From Octopus vulgaris (taxonomy: Eukaryota): a stretch of DNA of 64,000 nucleotides. Location of the stretch: the NCBI GenBank assembly GCA_951406725.2, contig OX597828.1, positions 60,264,001 to 60,328,000 on the forward strand, written 5' to 3'. Below, one piece after another: positions 30,028-43,114 of this stretch. Position 1 is the first letter of the stretch. Every line of letters begins with the position of its first letter. The notes below the pieces were generated by a model. It was not told where the DNA came from and made no database searches. It saw only the letters and a list, made by a program, of their open reading frames with translations. A program made the translations under genes and the position numbers.

Positions 30028-30559
30028 GTAAGTTTTATTTTTTCCATTTAATATAGAAGTTGGGTGCTTAGGAGTTTGAAAGCTGGATTACTAACTCTAA
30101 TATTTAGCAGGCTTTGCTATATGGCTAATAATAAGAATATATAGTTCAAATATAAAAGTTATTTCATGGATAATCCCCATTAGTATGTCCTCTACATTTA
30201 CTACTGAGTGAACAACTCAGAAATCAGCAAAACCTCCGAGATGTGTACTAAAAGCTGTGTTACAGCTGTACTTGTAATATACTGATAGTACTTACTATAA
30301 GCTAAATGAAAACACCCTCAGCTACCATCAAGGCTTTTGTTTTTCTGCAAAAAAATATTTATATATGATAACCAAAACTAATTACTTGATTTCTCTGTTA
30401 TAGCAAGCTCTCTCACATTTTATGTTATTGAACTGTGTTGTCTCTTTTAATACAAGCATTCTGACACAAATAACACTACTTAACACTAATCTGTATGTAA
30501 ATAAAATCTTTAAACAAAATGCACCTTTCATGTATTTTATTTTGGAAGTTGTGATTCAG

Positions 30560-31970
30560 GAAGTATCTACTGAGCTTAGGATCTTTGCAGGTCCTCTGAG
30601 ACTCTTCAGGTTTGTGCAGTTGATGTCTTGACTGCAGAAAAATATGAAAGATGTGGGTGGGGAAAAATTGGGTATAGTAGTTGGTTTGGGGCCTGGAAGG
30701 GGAAGACATTGAATTTGTTTCAGGTGTGTTCAGGTAGCAATATGATACTGTGAGCTCTATTGCTGTAGAATAAAGTGAAAAGACATTCATGTCTGTTGGC
30801 AAGAGGCTGGTATGTGATGGTAGGTGAGTCCTTTGCGATTAACATGAAGGTTTTTCAGTGCAGTCTTGGATGCTTTTGTGTGTAGTAACAGGAATTTCCA
30901 GGTAGAGACTCAGCAATTGTTCATTTCTGAAGTATTCCAGGCTCTAAGGAAGAAGGCTAATCTTCAGAATGGAGTACACTACATGTTTAATACGGGTTAT
31001 ATCCACATATCAGTGAGTGTTTGTAGAAATGACAATGAACAGGTCCTTAATGCACAAAAGCAAGAGTGTTGAGGTCATAAACTAATCTTAGACTACATCA
31101 GAGTTAGAGTATGTGTGAGATTCTACCATATGTGCTTGGTGATCTGATAGGAAGCTTCCAGCCAAGAAATAGAAGTTGGATGAAGCTTGTCAGTGGGCAG
31201 TTTAGCAAGGAGATTTTTGAACAAGATACAATCAAATGCTTTGCTAATATCAAGTATAGTAAATATTTTTGCTGAATTTCGCAAGAGCAATGGGACACTG
31301 CTGGGTAACATAGTAGAAATGTGTTCCACAAACCTGGTAGTCTTTAATGGGAGAGAAAAAGAGTGACTTGCATTGTTAGAGAAGTTAATTAACAACTTTA
31401 CTCATTACTTTTGAGATATTGCAAATGAAACCAATAGATTAATATTTGTTAGTGTCAGGGTGGTTATTCTTCTTGGGCATGGAATACAGTAGTTGCATAA
31501 TCTAATAGATGCAGGAATGTAGAAAACCGTTCCATTTGCTGCCCATTTTACACCCATCTGCACACACAGGTAAATCTCCCTAACTATCCCTTTCTACCCA
31601 ACCACTACATAAACATCTGAAAGCACAATCTACTTTTACTCCTTCAAGTTCACCACCATGCACACCAAATGCACAAGTACTTCTGAGCACTTCAAACCAA
31701 CGAGGCAAATAGCTGTGATAGTTTCCTTCTCTATTACCTTCAAACAGTGTGCTCCCATCATCTTCAAATTCTTCAATCTCTCTTTACAGGGATACGTCCT
31801 CATCTCTGGAAATGTGCTATAATGTATCTCCATTTCTCAGGAAGGCAGTGTTTCTGACCTTTCTTTCTAATTGTATTCACTTCCAACACCTCAAGGGAAC
31901 TATTAAATAATCTTATTGAAACTCTCTCCCTTTTCTCTATTCAATTGTATGAGTTTTGAAAACTCATACA
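30560..31970. mobile_element. Highly decayed jockey/CR1-like LINE remnants (- strand part followed by a + strand part)
   Basis: ILDISKAFD RT motif on - strand (ORF 31123..31395); weak RT-upstream similarity on + strand at ~31620-31970. Confidence 0.5.
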
Positions 31971-32399
31971 TTTACAGTATTGTGGTGAATTTTTCTATAA
32001 ATTTCTGTCTCTTCAATTCCATTGTTGCAATGAAATCTCTTTGAATATTTTATTAAGAGAGAAAACTTCACTAATTCAGCTTCAGAATTAATGATTTAGT
32101 CATGAAGTGTGTGTCATTTTCAAAGTGATATGAGACAAAAATAACTCACTGAAATTATTGTAAAAATACATGACAAACATTACCAGCAACTTAAGAATAT
32201 GACATTTCCATGGCAGCTAAATTTATAAGCCAGTAATAAAAGTTTTGTGTGTGTGTGTGTGTTTGCACAACTATTTAACAAAATTTTAATTTCATATTAA
32301 TTCAACTATTTTCGAACAAAATTTTAATTTAAGGAAAACAAAAATATTAAAGAAACTAATATATTTTTTTATAGAATTTGGTACCTAGATCCTTATGCT

Positions 32400-33080
32400 C
32401 ATCACTGAAACTACCATCTGCCTCAATTACTGGCTTGACATTGATCAGATAATCTTTATTCATGTTAATCATAACATGCACAACAGCAGATATCACAGAA
32501 GTCTTGGCATGCTTGTTGGTCTCTCTCTGAATGTTACTCCAGACACAGTAGTCTAGAGGGTTTAAATCAACAGAGCTAGAAACCCAAATGTTAGGAGTAA
32601 CATGATCCTGAAAATGTTCAGCCATCCACTCCTGCAGACTGTGTGAGAGAGAACAGTGTCTTGTTGGGACAGGTATGGCCTTCCCCAAGCAACTCTTTCA
32701 ATCCAGAGTTTGACAGCCGTCTCCATTGTCTCAAAGTAGACTGCTGCATTAACCCTAAGACCTTGCAGGGAAATGTGAGGATGTATGACATGCCTCTCAT
32801 TATTCACAACTCTCAAGACCATCACATATGGTGGGAACTTCATGTGTGTAGTAGTGGAGGTACTTCAGTGGGGGCTGGTGCAGTGCCATCTGTCTTCCTC
32901 CTGTTCACTTTTTTTTAAAATTTTGGATAAAGTTCTTTTCATCTGAGAAAAACTGGAGTATGCCAGTCTCAGGGTACTTCAGTTTGTTCGCAAAGCTCTT
33001 TGACTAGATCACTTGATTCTCCTGAGTCTTATCGGACATGAACTATCCTCTTCTCCTTACATAGGATATGTACCTGATGT
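32400..33080 (-). mobile_element. Tc1/mariner (probably DD37D/maT-type) transposase pseudogene
   Basis: VMVL..GLRVNA..Y..QQD..SH..QEW..W.SSSVDLNPLDYCVW across frameshifted ORFs. Confidence 0.75.
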
Positions 33081-33198
33081 CTTTGTGCACTTCACATCTA
33101 ATCATTAACTCTAACTTATTATTTTGTTAATTACATTCTATAAATTAAATATATGTTTGATTACTTGTGTTAATTTTTCTCTTTTGTTTTATTTCTAG

Positions 33199-33381
33199 TG
33201 GGATGTTGCTATTAGAGTGGTGGAAATTCTTTACAAGATATTATGTGAACATAAAATTCAGCCAGAACATTTTATTGGAGAATCTCAGATAGGACAAGGA
33301 GAAAATATGGCTATGCTGAATAGGCTACCTGGACATGTTTTGCTAATTCTAATGCTCAATGATTCAGGACTACTACAAATG
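33199..33381 (+). CDS. NUP205: Nup205 exon (WDVAIRVVEILYKIL...LNDSGLLQM)
   Basis: ttctag/gtatgt, 183 nt, phase 0-0; matches human WEVAEVVLEVFYKLL..PGF..LLNESPMLEL. Confidence 0.93.
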
Positions 33382-33609
33382 GTATGTTGAATTAGGTTAA
33401 GAAAACCAAAATATATTAATTTTTTTTCTTTTCAACAACTTTATATAAACTCTGATTCTTGATATATTGCTAGATTGTCATGATAACTCATTGATCTTCT
33501 GAATTTCTCACTTCTCATTTTCCAAAAACTAATCCCACAACATCCAATATTGTTTATGTAACATGCAACTTCTAGACAGTCATTTGGTCATTCCATGGCT
33601 TTCATTTAA

Positions 33610-36600
33610 CCTTTTTATTGCCAACCTGCCTATAGATGCCCACGTATTTTAAAAGCTTATATCACTAACTTTCCTATATATGCCCAAAACAGCCTATTGA
33701 TATTTACATGAAAAATTCAGTGCAAATCTTGTTAGTAAAGTTTTGAAATTACATTATTTTACTATGTAAACAACCAGTATCCAACATTATTTAGGGTGTG
33801 AATTTTTTCCAAATTTTTTCTACACTAATTTTTTCCAAATTTTTCTACACTAATTTTCTTTTTAATAATGATGCAAAATGGATGTCAGTTTTGTATTGTC
33901 AAGAAGTGTATCAGAATTTGAAGTATTTTTAGTAGAAAACATGGAGAAATTAAATGAAATTTACAATGAACCTAAAAAGCCCATGGTGTGTGATTATGAA
34001 TGGGATATTTCAGTTTCCAGAAGTGAAACCAGTGATTCCAACAATAGCCAGAAAGAAAAATGGATTTGCACTTGAATGGAGTAAAAGTTTGAAAACTGTG
34101 GTTCTTAAAGATTTTTCTGAAGAGATTGGAACTAGTCACAGTATTTTCCAGGAAAGAAAGCTATTAGTTTGTTGATAAAAATTACTGTGGAAACAAATTG
34201 TTATGCAGAATATAAACAAAGATATGAAACAGATAGTTTTTGCAATTAATATTGTTATGGTGGGTAAGTAAGCTTCTCAGAATTACAAACAACTGGAGCA
34301 GCAATGAATCTTTTGGAGATCACTATGTTTCCAGTATTATAACAAGGCCTTGGTTTTTCACACAGTGTCTGCATGCAAGAGACACTTGAAGTTCATCAGT
34401 ACATGGAGAACTGATCTTTGATGTTTTATTTGAAATAAGACCCTTCATTAACTATGTTCAAAATACATATGAAACATTGTACAGACCAGGGAGAGATCTC
34501 TCTCTTAAAGGTATGGTGGGTTATAAAGGTTGAGTATGTTTCTGACAGTAGATGCTCTGAAAGCCAACAAAATGGAGGAGCAAAGTTTGAAAGATTTGTG
34601 AAGCAAATCGATTTTCTTATGGGGAAAAGAGACTGAAATGTAAGCCATGTGGTTTGGGATTCATCACACCCTTACCATAACCAGGGCTATATATTATCTC
34701 TTTATTTTTTAGTTCAGTCAAACTTGGGGTGGATTTAGAAGCTGGGTCAGCATATACATATACCACAGTTGTTGCAAGTATGAAAAGGATGCTGTTGGAT
34801 ATTGAAAAAAAAAAAATGTTAAAGGAGGTGAAATAATCCAACGTCAGAAAAGAAACTTGCTAGTTACCACATACAGAGATAAGAGGCAACTCAATTTTCT
34901 ACCTACATCTGCACAACAACGTGTGGATGAAAATGGCACCCCTTTCGTTTCAGCTGATCTCCATAAATTCGAAACAATTGAGGGTCACTGAATGGCAATT
35001 CTGTGAATGCCTTCATCAAAAAAAGGAAAGATTCCAGTGGACAAGTTAGTTGAAACAACCTTCAAGATTGCATTCTGCAAGATTGTATTATGTAGAGTGG
35101 GGTGTTTTATAAGTTTCCATGATAGAAATATTGTGGTGTGTGTGTGTAATAACCTAATTCAGGAATCCAGCCAGTCACCTGGTAATCATACTATGAATTT
35201 GGTAGCCACACTAGCCAGATTTACTACTTTCTCACCAGGAAGCAATATATATGGTTACTCATAAATGTAAAGACCATCCCTGGTGAACTATGTATCCCTC
35301 AGTGTAGGTTAATCATTAGTGACTTCAGTCTTCAGGCTAGAAGGATTCCATGAAGCAGACCAGTCTGGAAAAAGAAGGATTTGGTAACTTTGAATAATCA
35401 GAGATTTAGAGATGTCCTAATGGAAGCATTTAAAGTGAAGGAAGAGGAGTTACAGACATAGAGGACAACTGGAAGTTCCTATGGGACAACTTACTGAGAG
35501 CCACAGACCACGTTTGTGGCTGGTTCAAAATCCCAACCAGATCTAGAGTGAGATGGTGGTGGAAGGACTGGAAGGGTGGTGATAGCTGAGAACTATATTA
35601 GTTAGCTTGAAGAGACTGGTATATCTAGTCTGAGGAGAAGCAGAAAGAAAGAAGTTTGCCAGTGCTATGCTGTGTGAGGACCACAGGTGTTTCAGATTGC
35701 AAGATAGTATCAGATAAAATCATGATGTTTTAGAAGAGAAGTGCATTTGCATAGATGATGGCTCATTTGCAGTTAGTGATTCTGCAAAGAAAGAGCATTG
35801 GAAAGGCTGCTAAATGTAGAGAATGCATGGGAGAAAGAGAGTTTGCCTAACATGAATCCATCAGAGGGACTGGCTACCTGAATTAACAGTAGCTTAGATA
35901 AAGCAATTAAGGATATCAAGACAGGGAAAGCACTTGGTTCATCAGGAATTACTGCTGAGATGCTTAAAATATCTGATGGAGGCGGGATAAGGCCTGGTTA
36001 CCCATGTAGTTAATCAGGTTGTCAACAAGGCAGCTATACCAAATGGTTGATGTAGCAGCATTATAGTCAACTGTTACGAAGATAAAGGTGATGCTTTGAC
36101 TGAAATAATTACAGAGGTACCAAATTGCTGAACCTGGCATTGAAAGTTATAAACGGGGAGTTATCCTAGATGAGATGCAGTTTGGTTTTGTGCCAGGAAG
36201 AAGCACTACTGATGCTATCTTCCTGGTAAGGCAACGAGATACTTAGTTGTAAATAAACCTTTACATTTGGCTTTTGTTGACATTTGGCTTTTGTTGATAG
36301 GGTTCCCTACTCTCTTGTGAGCAATGCAGAAGCTAGGGATAAATGAGTGGGTGGTGACAGCTGTAAAAGTCAGTAAGGTAAAAGTTGCCAATGAGTATAG
36401 CAAGGAATTTAGTGTACAAGTAGGAGTCCACCAGGGATTGGTTCTTAGCCTTATCTTGTTTATCATTGTCCTCTTGGCCATTATAGAGGAATTTAAGACT
36501 GGCTGCCCTTGGGAGCTCCTCCTCTATGCTGATGACCTTGTTCTTATTGTTGAATCACTACCACAACTAGAGAAGAAATTTCAGGTATGGAAGCACAGTC

Positions 36601-38700
36601 TGGAATCAAAGAGCCTGAGAGTTAATTTAGTAAAGACTAAAGTCCTAGTAAGTAAGAAAACAGACAAGTCACTGATCCCTTCAGGTAGATGGCTCTGCTT
36701 GATATGTAGAAAAGGTGTCAAGAGAAACTCCATACAGTATACTCAGTGCAAGCTATGGACACATAAGAGGTGCAGCAGTACCAGGAATTTAACAGAGAAA
36801 GTAGTCTTTGTGTCAGATGTGCCAGTTGAAGGAATGCACAGAAAATGGACTCCTTCAAATGTCCAGGAGGATGCTTAGAAGTAGTAGATAGTTTCCATAC
36901 CTTGGTGAGCAAGTTAGCAGTGGAAGAAGTAGTTCTGAAAGCATAGTTGCCAAAATGACGGGCTGGGATAAGTTCAGAAAGCTGCTACCTTTGTTGATAA
37001 CAAAGGGCCTCTCCCTCAGAGTGAAAGGCACATTGTGATGATACCTGTGTACAAACAGCCACACTACATGGCAATAAGACTACTGAGGACATGTGAAGAC
37101 TTGAAAGAAACGAGGCCAGCATGCTCTGCTGGATGGGTTATGCCAGTGTGCATGTAGCACAGTGAAAAGGACCTACAAGAAGCACTGGGTATAAGAAGCA
37201 TCATATGTAGTATGCAGGAGAAAAGACTGTGTTAGAATGGTCATATGATGTATATAGATGAGGACAACTGCATAAAGAAGTACCAATCCCTAAATGTGGA
37301 GGACATGTGAAGAGAGACATGTGACAGGGGTAGATCCTGGGACGAGAAAGTACCTGCATACTTTAGGCCTCACGGAGGAGGTAACAAGGGACTGAAACTT
37401 CATGTAATTTGCTGTACTTGAGAAGCTATGTCAAGCTAAGTAAAATCGTGGCCATCCACACATACAGGCATGTCCTCTATGGCCATAACCCTTCCCCCCT
37501 TCACAACCACACACATACACACACACTCTGCAGGCCCCTCCAGTTTCTTCTCAGCATCACTTGCTATCTTCCTTCACACATGGCAAATCTCCTCTATCCC
37601 CTCTGTATCCCCCACCTCCCTGTTCCTACTGGTAAGCCTGTTCTCTCTCTCTTGACTGTCTGTCTTTTTGTCTCTCCCTCTCTCTCTTGACTGTCTGTCT
37701 TTTTTTCTCTCTCTCTCTCTCTCTCCTGCCTCCCTCGGCCCCTCCTTATGCTACTAGGATAGCCAAGTATCTCTTCTGTACTCAAGCATGGCTTTGTCTC
37801 TCTCTCTTTCACACCTCTCTCCACTTGTCCTACCTGGGTAGCCAAGTATCTCTTCTGTAGTAAGACAGTTATCCCTGATTTTTTATCATATTTCATCCAC
37901 TCACCTGGCACGTAACCACTTCTCTTAGTTCCTCTCTCTCTCTCAGCTGAGACGTCCTAGTCTTGCAAGCCACTTTGTAACCGTGCAGGCATTGGTGATG
38001 TGTCAAATGCACTTTTGCTGACTCCACATAAAAGACACCCATGCCAACGCCACATAAGTACTTATACTGGCACCATGTAAGGAGTACCTGTGCCAGTGGC
38101 ATATGAAGACACCCAGTATGCTCTGTAAAGTGTTTGGTGTTAGGGAGTGAATCCAGTAATGGAAACTGTACCAAAACAAACTGGTGCAGCCCTTTTGCTT
38201 GCCAGATCTTGTCAAACTGTTCATCCCATGCCATCATGGAGAATGAACATTAAATGATGATGATGTATATCTGTGATTTGATTTTATAAAAGACTTTTTC
38301 AAATTTACCTTGTTTATATTTTTCTTTTACTTGTAATTTACCTGATAAGTGAGTGACAAATTTTTATCAGTTTGTATTGTGAATCATTATTATATGTTTC
38401 TGAGTATTATGTATATGTGTGAGTTTATTTCATTTTGTGGATGATATGTTTATTCCATTTTTTAAATTTCTTCCTTGCGTCACCTGTGCATTTTTAAGTT
38501 CAACTGATAATCCAGTAATCTGAACAATTCTTTTATATTTAAATTTTGTTGTATATCCAATGTTAAATGTCCCATTTTCTAGTTGAATTCACCTGTAATT
38601 ATAGTCACTTCAAGACAAATGTTATGCAGCAGATTTGTTAAATTGTGTTCTGCAAATCACATTGATAAATAAACATTACAAGTTTTGTTGAAAATTGATG
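33610..38700 (+). mobile_element. Old piggyBac-like element interrupted by an RTE LINE
   Basis: TTAA-cc start at 33606; transposase remnant (LFFSSVKLG) at ~34700; 38590-38680 resembles the 3' region of the 27710-29147 piggyBac (ctgtaatta.agtcactt..agacaaa.gttatgca). Confidence 0.5.
35120..38265 (+). mobile_element. Older decayed RTE LINE (EN end to 3' tail, CT-rich expansion in UTR)
   Basis: ORF 36324..36878 with GVHQG, LLYADDL and Cys finger; tail gaacattaaatgatgatgatg at ~38245-38265. Confidence 0.82.
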
Positions 38701-38972
38701 TTTGGTAGCAGGCAAAATGACCATTGGATATGTTTTGTTCTTACTGTACCTCATATACAAGGCATGATCAGAGTTGAAAAGTAAATGTTTACCTTTTCGT
38801 TAGCACATTTCTAATTGAAATGCCATATATTTCAATTAAATGTTTATAAAAGTGCACATTTTAGCTGATTTTGTAAAGTAACTGTAACTTTATTATGTAA
38901 GTGGTGTATAGAGCACAACTTAACAAATGATGCTTTTATCTGTTGCCGTATTTTATCTTGAAACTACTGTAA

Positions 38973-39266
38973 TCTTTATATATAAAACTGTAGTTGTGTG
39001 AGTGTCTGTCCCCTTCGATTTAGATTCCTAACTACTCCCACATTTTGCGGTGCAGTTTAACCAAAAGCGAGTATCTTATAGTCATGATTCATATTGAGCC
39101 CTTCTGGGTATTAGTGTGTGTCTACGATTTAAAAAAAAATTACCATCATTTTTCCGCATTTTTAATCCATTTTTCACTCGGTTTTATATAAGGGAAGTGA
39201 CTCTCTAAAATTGCTTATATAGTTATTTCCCTTATAAACCCGAGCAACGCCGGGCCATACTACTAG
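38973..39266 (+). mobile_element. Short non-autonomous Helitron
   Basis: A|TC 5' end (tctttatatataaaac), subterminal hairpin cccgagcaacgccggg (39239-54), 3' CTAG|T. Confidence 0.8.
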
Positions 39267-39317
39267 TTACATATACAAGCAAAATCTGCAAAGTTACTGA
39301 AATTTTGATTAAATATT

Positions 39318-39445
39318 GATTTCACATTTTGGCACAAGGCCAGCAATTTCAAGGGAGAGGATAAGTCAATTACATTGACCCCAGTGCTCAAATAATACTT
39401 ATTTTATGAATGCCCAAAGAGATGAAAGGCTAAGTCAACCTTGGC
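39318..39445 (-). mobile_element. SINE family 1 3' fragment
   Basis: Reverse complement resembles 16080-16165 (gcctttcatc..ataagta..aaattgctggccttg). Confidence 0.65.
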
Positions 39446-39784
39446 ATGTAAAATGAGTTGCCAATGTGCTCCAGAGGCTATTATATAATTTTATGTTAGT
39501 TTAACTATATTACTTAACTGTATCATCATTATTCATCTTCCACTTTTCCATGCTTGCACCAGACAGAATTTGTTAAGGCTGATTTTTCTACAGCTGGCTG
39601 CCTTCCTTGTCGCCAACAGGAAAATGAACAGCTTTACATGTCAGACAAATGGACTCATAATCATTATTGGGTGTCTAAACTAGGGTACACACAAACACAC
39701 AATGGATTCCTTTCAGTTTCCACCTACTGAATTATCTCAACAAAACTGCATGTTAGTTTTTTTCTTTTTAAATATCTTTTATAG

Positions 39785-39842
39785 ATTCTCAAGATATTGA
39801 ATGATTCCCTAGTGCAGTTTGCAACATATGTGGACTTTCCTG
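39785..39842 (+). CDS. NUP205: Nup205 exon (ILKILNDSLVQFATYVDFPG)
   Basis: atag/gtgagt, 58 nt, phase 0-1; matches human LSLLEEGVKQLDTYAPFPG. Confidence 0.9.
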
Positions 39843-40452
39843 GTGAGTTTATTTTTAAAATTATTTTTATTTAAATTACTTGTAAATTGTTTTAGTATAA
39901 ATTCATAAACTAGTACAAATAGCTTAATTTGTTAACATTACTATGTTTCTCTCTATGTGCGAAGTTTAGCCAAAATTGAAGCTACAACACTTTTTCATAA
40001 TAGAATAGTTCTTATTTGTGAAGACATGTATTTGTTAAAATAGAGTGCAAATGCAACTATTCTCAGCTTTCTGTGTAATGTTGTCTATGTTATGTGCCCT
40101 CAATTTGCTGGCTCATAATCACTCTACTTGTAAATCTGAACCAAGTGTCTCCAAGTACCATTTAGACTGGGTACACTCTGCTTGAATGAGATCCAGACTT
40201 TAGAAGGCAAGTTGCAAATTTTCTTATGGAATTTGATTTAATTTTCATGAATACTTTTCCACTTCTAGTATCAATGTGACAAAATAAATTTTAAAACTAC
40301 TCACATAAGCTGTGGTTGTTTTGTAAGAAGCTTGCTTCTCAACCACATGGTTCTGGATTCAGTCCCACTGCGTGGCACCTTCGGCAAGTGTCTTCTACTA
40401 TAGCCTTGGGCCAACCAAAGCCTTGTGAGTGGATTTGGTAGATGGAAACTGA

Positions 40453-40745
40453 CCCAAGACTTGGACCCACGGCACAATTATTTCACCTCAATTGGCCCCG
40501 CTCTCTTTAACATTGCACCAAAACCCATTAAAGCAGAAACCGATGCCATAAAGTTCAAGAAGTCTTTGGACAAATTCCTTAAAAAAATCCTAGGTAAACC
40601 TCCTACACCTGGATATGTACCTCCAAACAATAACTCTCTCCTTGAGTGGACCATGTTGTTTGATTCCTGATTTGAATGACCTTGCCAGGTGGTGCTATTA
40701 AGTTAGACATGGCCAGGGCCAATACTGGCTGAAACATATCAAAGT
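40453..40745 (+). mobile_element. 3' end of a third CR1/L2-group LINE family
   Basis: GPALFNIAPK..FKKSLDKFLKKI.GKP..NNNSLLEW is homologous to the other LINE C-termini (GPQLFN.LP..FK..LD..L..PDEP..NSL). Confidence 0.75.
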
Positions 40746-40780
40746 GTGTATATACATATATGTGTGTATATATACACTTT

Positions 40781-42187
40781 GATGGCCTTCCTCAATCTGT
40801 AGTAGAGGCGTAGGTAGAAACTCTATAAGATGTACCCAGTGTAAGCTATGGACACATAAGGTGCTGTAATATCAAAGGAAGGCTAATGGGGAAGATAGTT
40901 TTTGTATGTGGCAGATGCTTGGGAGCAATAAACTCTGAAAATGCACAGAGAACAACTTCCACCACATTCCAGGGAGGAGAACTAGAAATAGTTCATAGCT
41001 TCTGTTACCTAGGTGACCAAGTCAGTAGCGGAGGAGGGTGCTCTGAAAGTGTTGCTGCTAGAATAAGAATAGCTTGGGCAAAGTTCAGAGAGCTCTTACC
41101 TCTGCTGGTGACAAAGGGCCTCTCGCTCAGAGTAAAAGGTAGACTGTATGACGCATGTGTACGAACAGCCATGCTACACGGCAGTGAAACATGGGCTGTG
41201 ACTGCTGAGGAATGAAGCCAGTATGATCCGATGAATGTGTAATGTCAGTGTGCATACTCAACAGAGTGTAAGTACCTTGAGAGTAATATTGGACCTAAGA
41301 AGCATTAGATGTGGTGTGCAAGAGAGACGACTGCGCTGGTATGGTCATGTGGCGAGAATGGATGAGGATAGCTGTGTGAAAAAGTGCCACACCCTAGCCA
41401 TTGAGGGAACCTGTGGAAGAGGTAGACCCAGGAAGACCTGGGATGAAGTGGTGAAGCACGACCTTTGAACTTTAGGCTTCACCAAGGAAATAATTAGTGA
41501 CCGAGACTTTTGGAAATATGCTGTGCTCGAGAAGACCCGGCAAGCCAAATGAGACCATAATCTCGTGGCCTATGCCAGGGGCGTAACCAGCCCGCTTATG
41601 CGTAACTTTTCCTTCTTTGGTCACTAAAACTCTGCTTGCGAAAACCTGTTGAGGCAAGTGAAATCAAAATCGATGACTGGCGTCTGTGCTAGCAGGGTGC
41701 AAAGAGCACCATACGAGTGTGATCGTTGACAGAGTGACTAACCGGCTTCCATGCCAGTGGCACATAAAAGCAACCATTCGAGTGTGATCGTTACCAGCAT
41801 CGCTTTACTGGCACTTGAGCCCTATGCTAGTAGGGTGTTAAGAGCACCATCTGAGCGTGATCGTTGCCAGAGTGGCTACCTGGTCTCCGTGCCAGTGGCA
41901 CGTAAAAGACACCATTTGAGTGTGATCGTTACCTGCATTGCCCTACTGGCACCTGTGCCGGTGGAATGTGTAAAAGATTCGAGCGAGGTTGTTGCTAGTA
42001 CCGCCTGACTGGCCCTGTGCTGGTGGCTCGTTAAAGCACCCACTACACTTTCAGGATGGCTGGCGTTAGGAAGGGCACCCAGCTGTAGAAACTCTGCCAG
42101 ATCAAGATTGAAGCCTGGTTCGCCAGCCCTCAATCAAATCGTTCAACCCATGCTAGCATGGAAAGCGGACGTTAAACGATGATGATG
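40781..42187 (+). mobile_element. 5'-truncated RTE LINE
   Basis: Highly similar to 19640-21058, including UTR repeats and the ggacgttaaacgatgatgat tail. Confidence 0.92.
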
Positions 42188-42698
42188 TGTGTGTGTGTGT
42201 GTGTCTGTGTTTATTCCCCCACCATCACTTGACAACCGATGTTGGTGTGTTTACGTCCCCATAATGACCGATAGGATAAATACTAGGCTTACAAAGAGTA
42301 TGTCCTGGGGTCGATTTGTTTGAATAGAAGTCTGTGCTCCAGCATGGCCTCAGTCAAATGCCTGAAACAAGTAAAAGAGTAAAACATAGGGTATAAACTC
42401 AGAAATTTTTGTTGTTTTTATTGATCATTGTAATTATTAGGCTTCAATTGTTCATTTCACAGTTGTCCATTAGAGGGGTTATACCCTATAAAATACTTTA
42501 TTGGTAAATATAATATTTTACTGATGGTTATTTTATGGTGTATTGATGGAAATAGCACAGTTGTGTAGGATGCAACACAGAAGAAATACCATAAAATATA
42601 CTCTATAATTATTAATCACTTGTATGATTTGTATTATTTTAGTATTATTTTCATATAAACAACTTCTTTAAAATATTAATCTTTGTTTCGAATTACAG

Positions 42699-42888
42699 GC
42701 AGAGCATCTCTTGAGAAAGCATGCCTCTATTGTTTGCGTATGATAGAGATTACTTTGGAGAAAGAAGATGCATTTTTGGCTGCAATTCGAGAATCTGGGT
42801 CATCAATTGTTGTTGTCTGTTTAGACAGGCTGATGCGTGGAGTGAACCCAGCTACAGGGAAACCTGACCATTTTGTTAACATTGCCAA
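42699..42888 (+). CDS. NUP205: Nup205 exon (GRASLEKAC...GVNPATGKPDHFVNIAK)
   Basis: ttacag/gtgagc, phase 1-2; matches human LEKAVQHCL..GINPRTKKADNVVNIAR. Confidence 0.95.
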
Positions 42889-42993
42889 GTGAGCTAAGAT
42901 TTTCTTTTATAATAATATTTCTTCTAATTAATTGTCTGTATATAAAAATGAAATCATAAAAATAAATTGCTTTCATGTTCTTTCTGTTTTAAG

Positions 42994-43114
42994 GTTTGTC
43001 ATTTATAACAACCAGTTATATCAACATGCATTATCAGCTATAAAGATCCTTTTCCTGGTGTGTCGGTCAGTTTCAGTACAATCTGACTTAGTTGCTATGT
43101 TCACAGAAAATGAG
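42994..43114 (+). CDS. NUP205: Nup205 exon (FVIYNNQLYQHALSAIKIL...MFTENE)
   Basis: tttaag/gtaatg, phase 2-0, after a 105-bp intron. Confidence 0.9.

Larger units (their letters stand above)
40310..42385 (+). mobile_element. SINE family 2 split into 40310-40452 and 42188-42385 by two nested LINE insertions
   Basis: 5' half (gtaagaagcttgcttctcaaccacatggttctggattcagtcccactgc) and 3' half (..gtgctccagcatggcctcagtcaaatgcctgaaacaagtaaaagagtaaaa) join into one SINE. Confidence 0.75.

Noticed and set aside
41700-42000. CRISPR-like regularly spaced repeats
   Set aside because: The intervening sequences are themselves homologous, the array is in an RTE 3' UTR in a eukaryote, and there are no cas genes.
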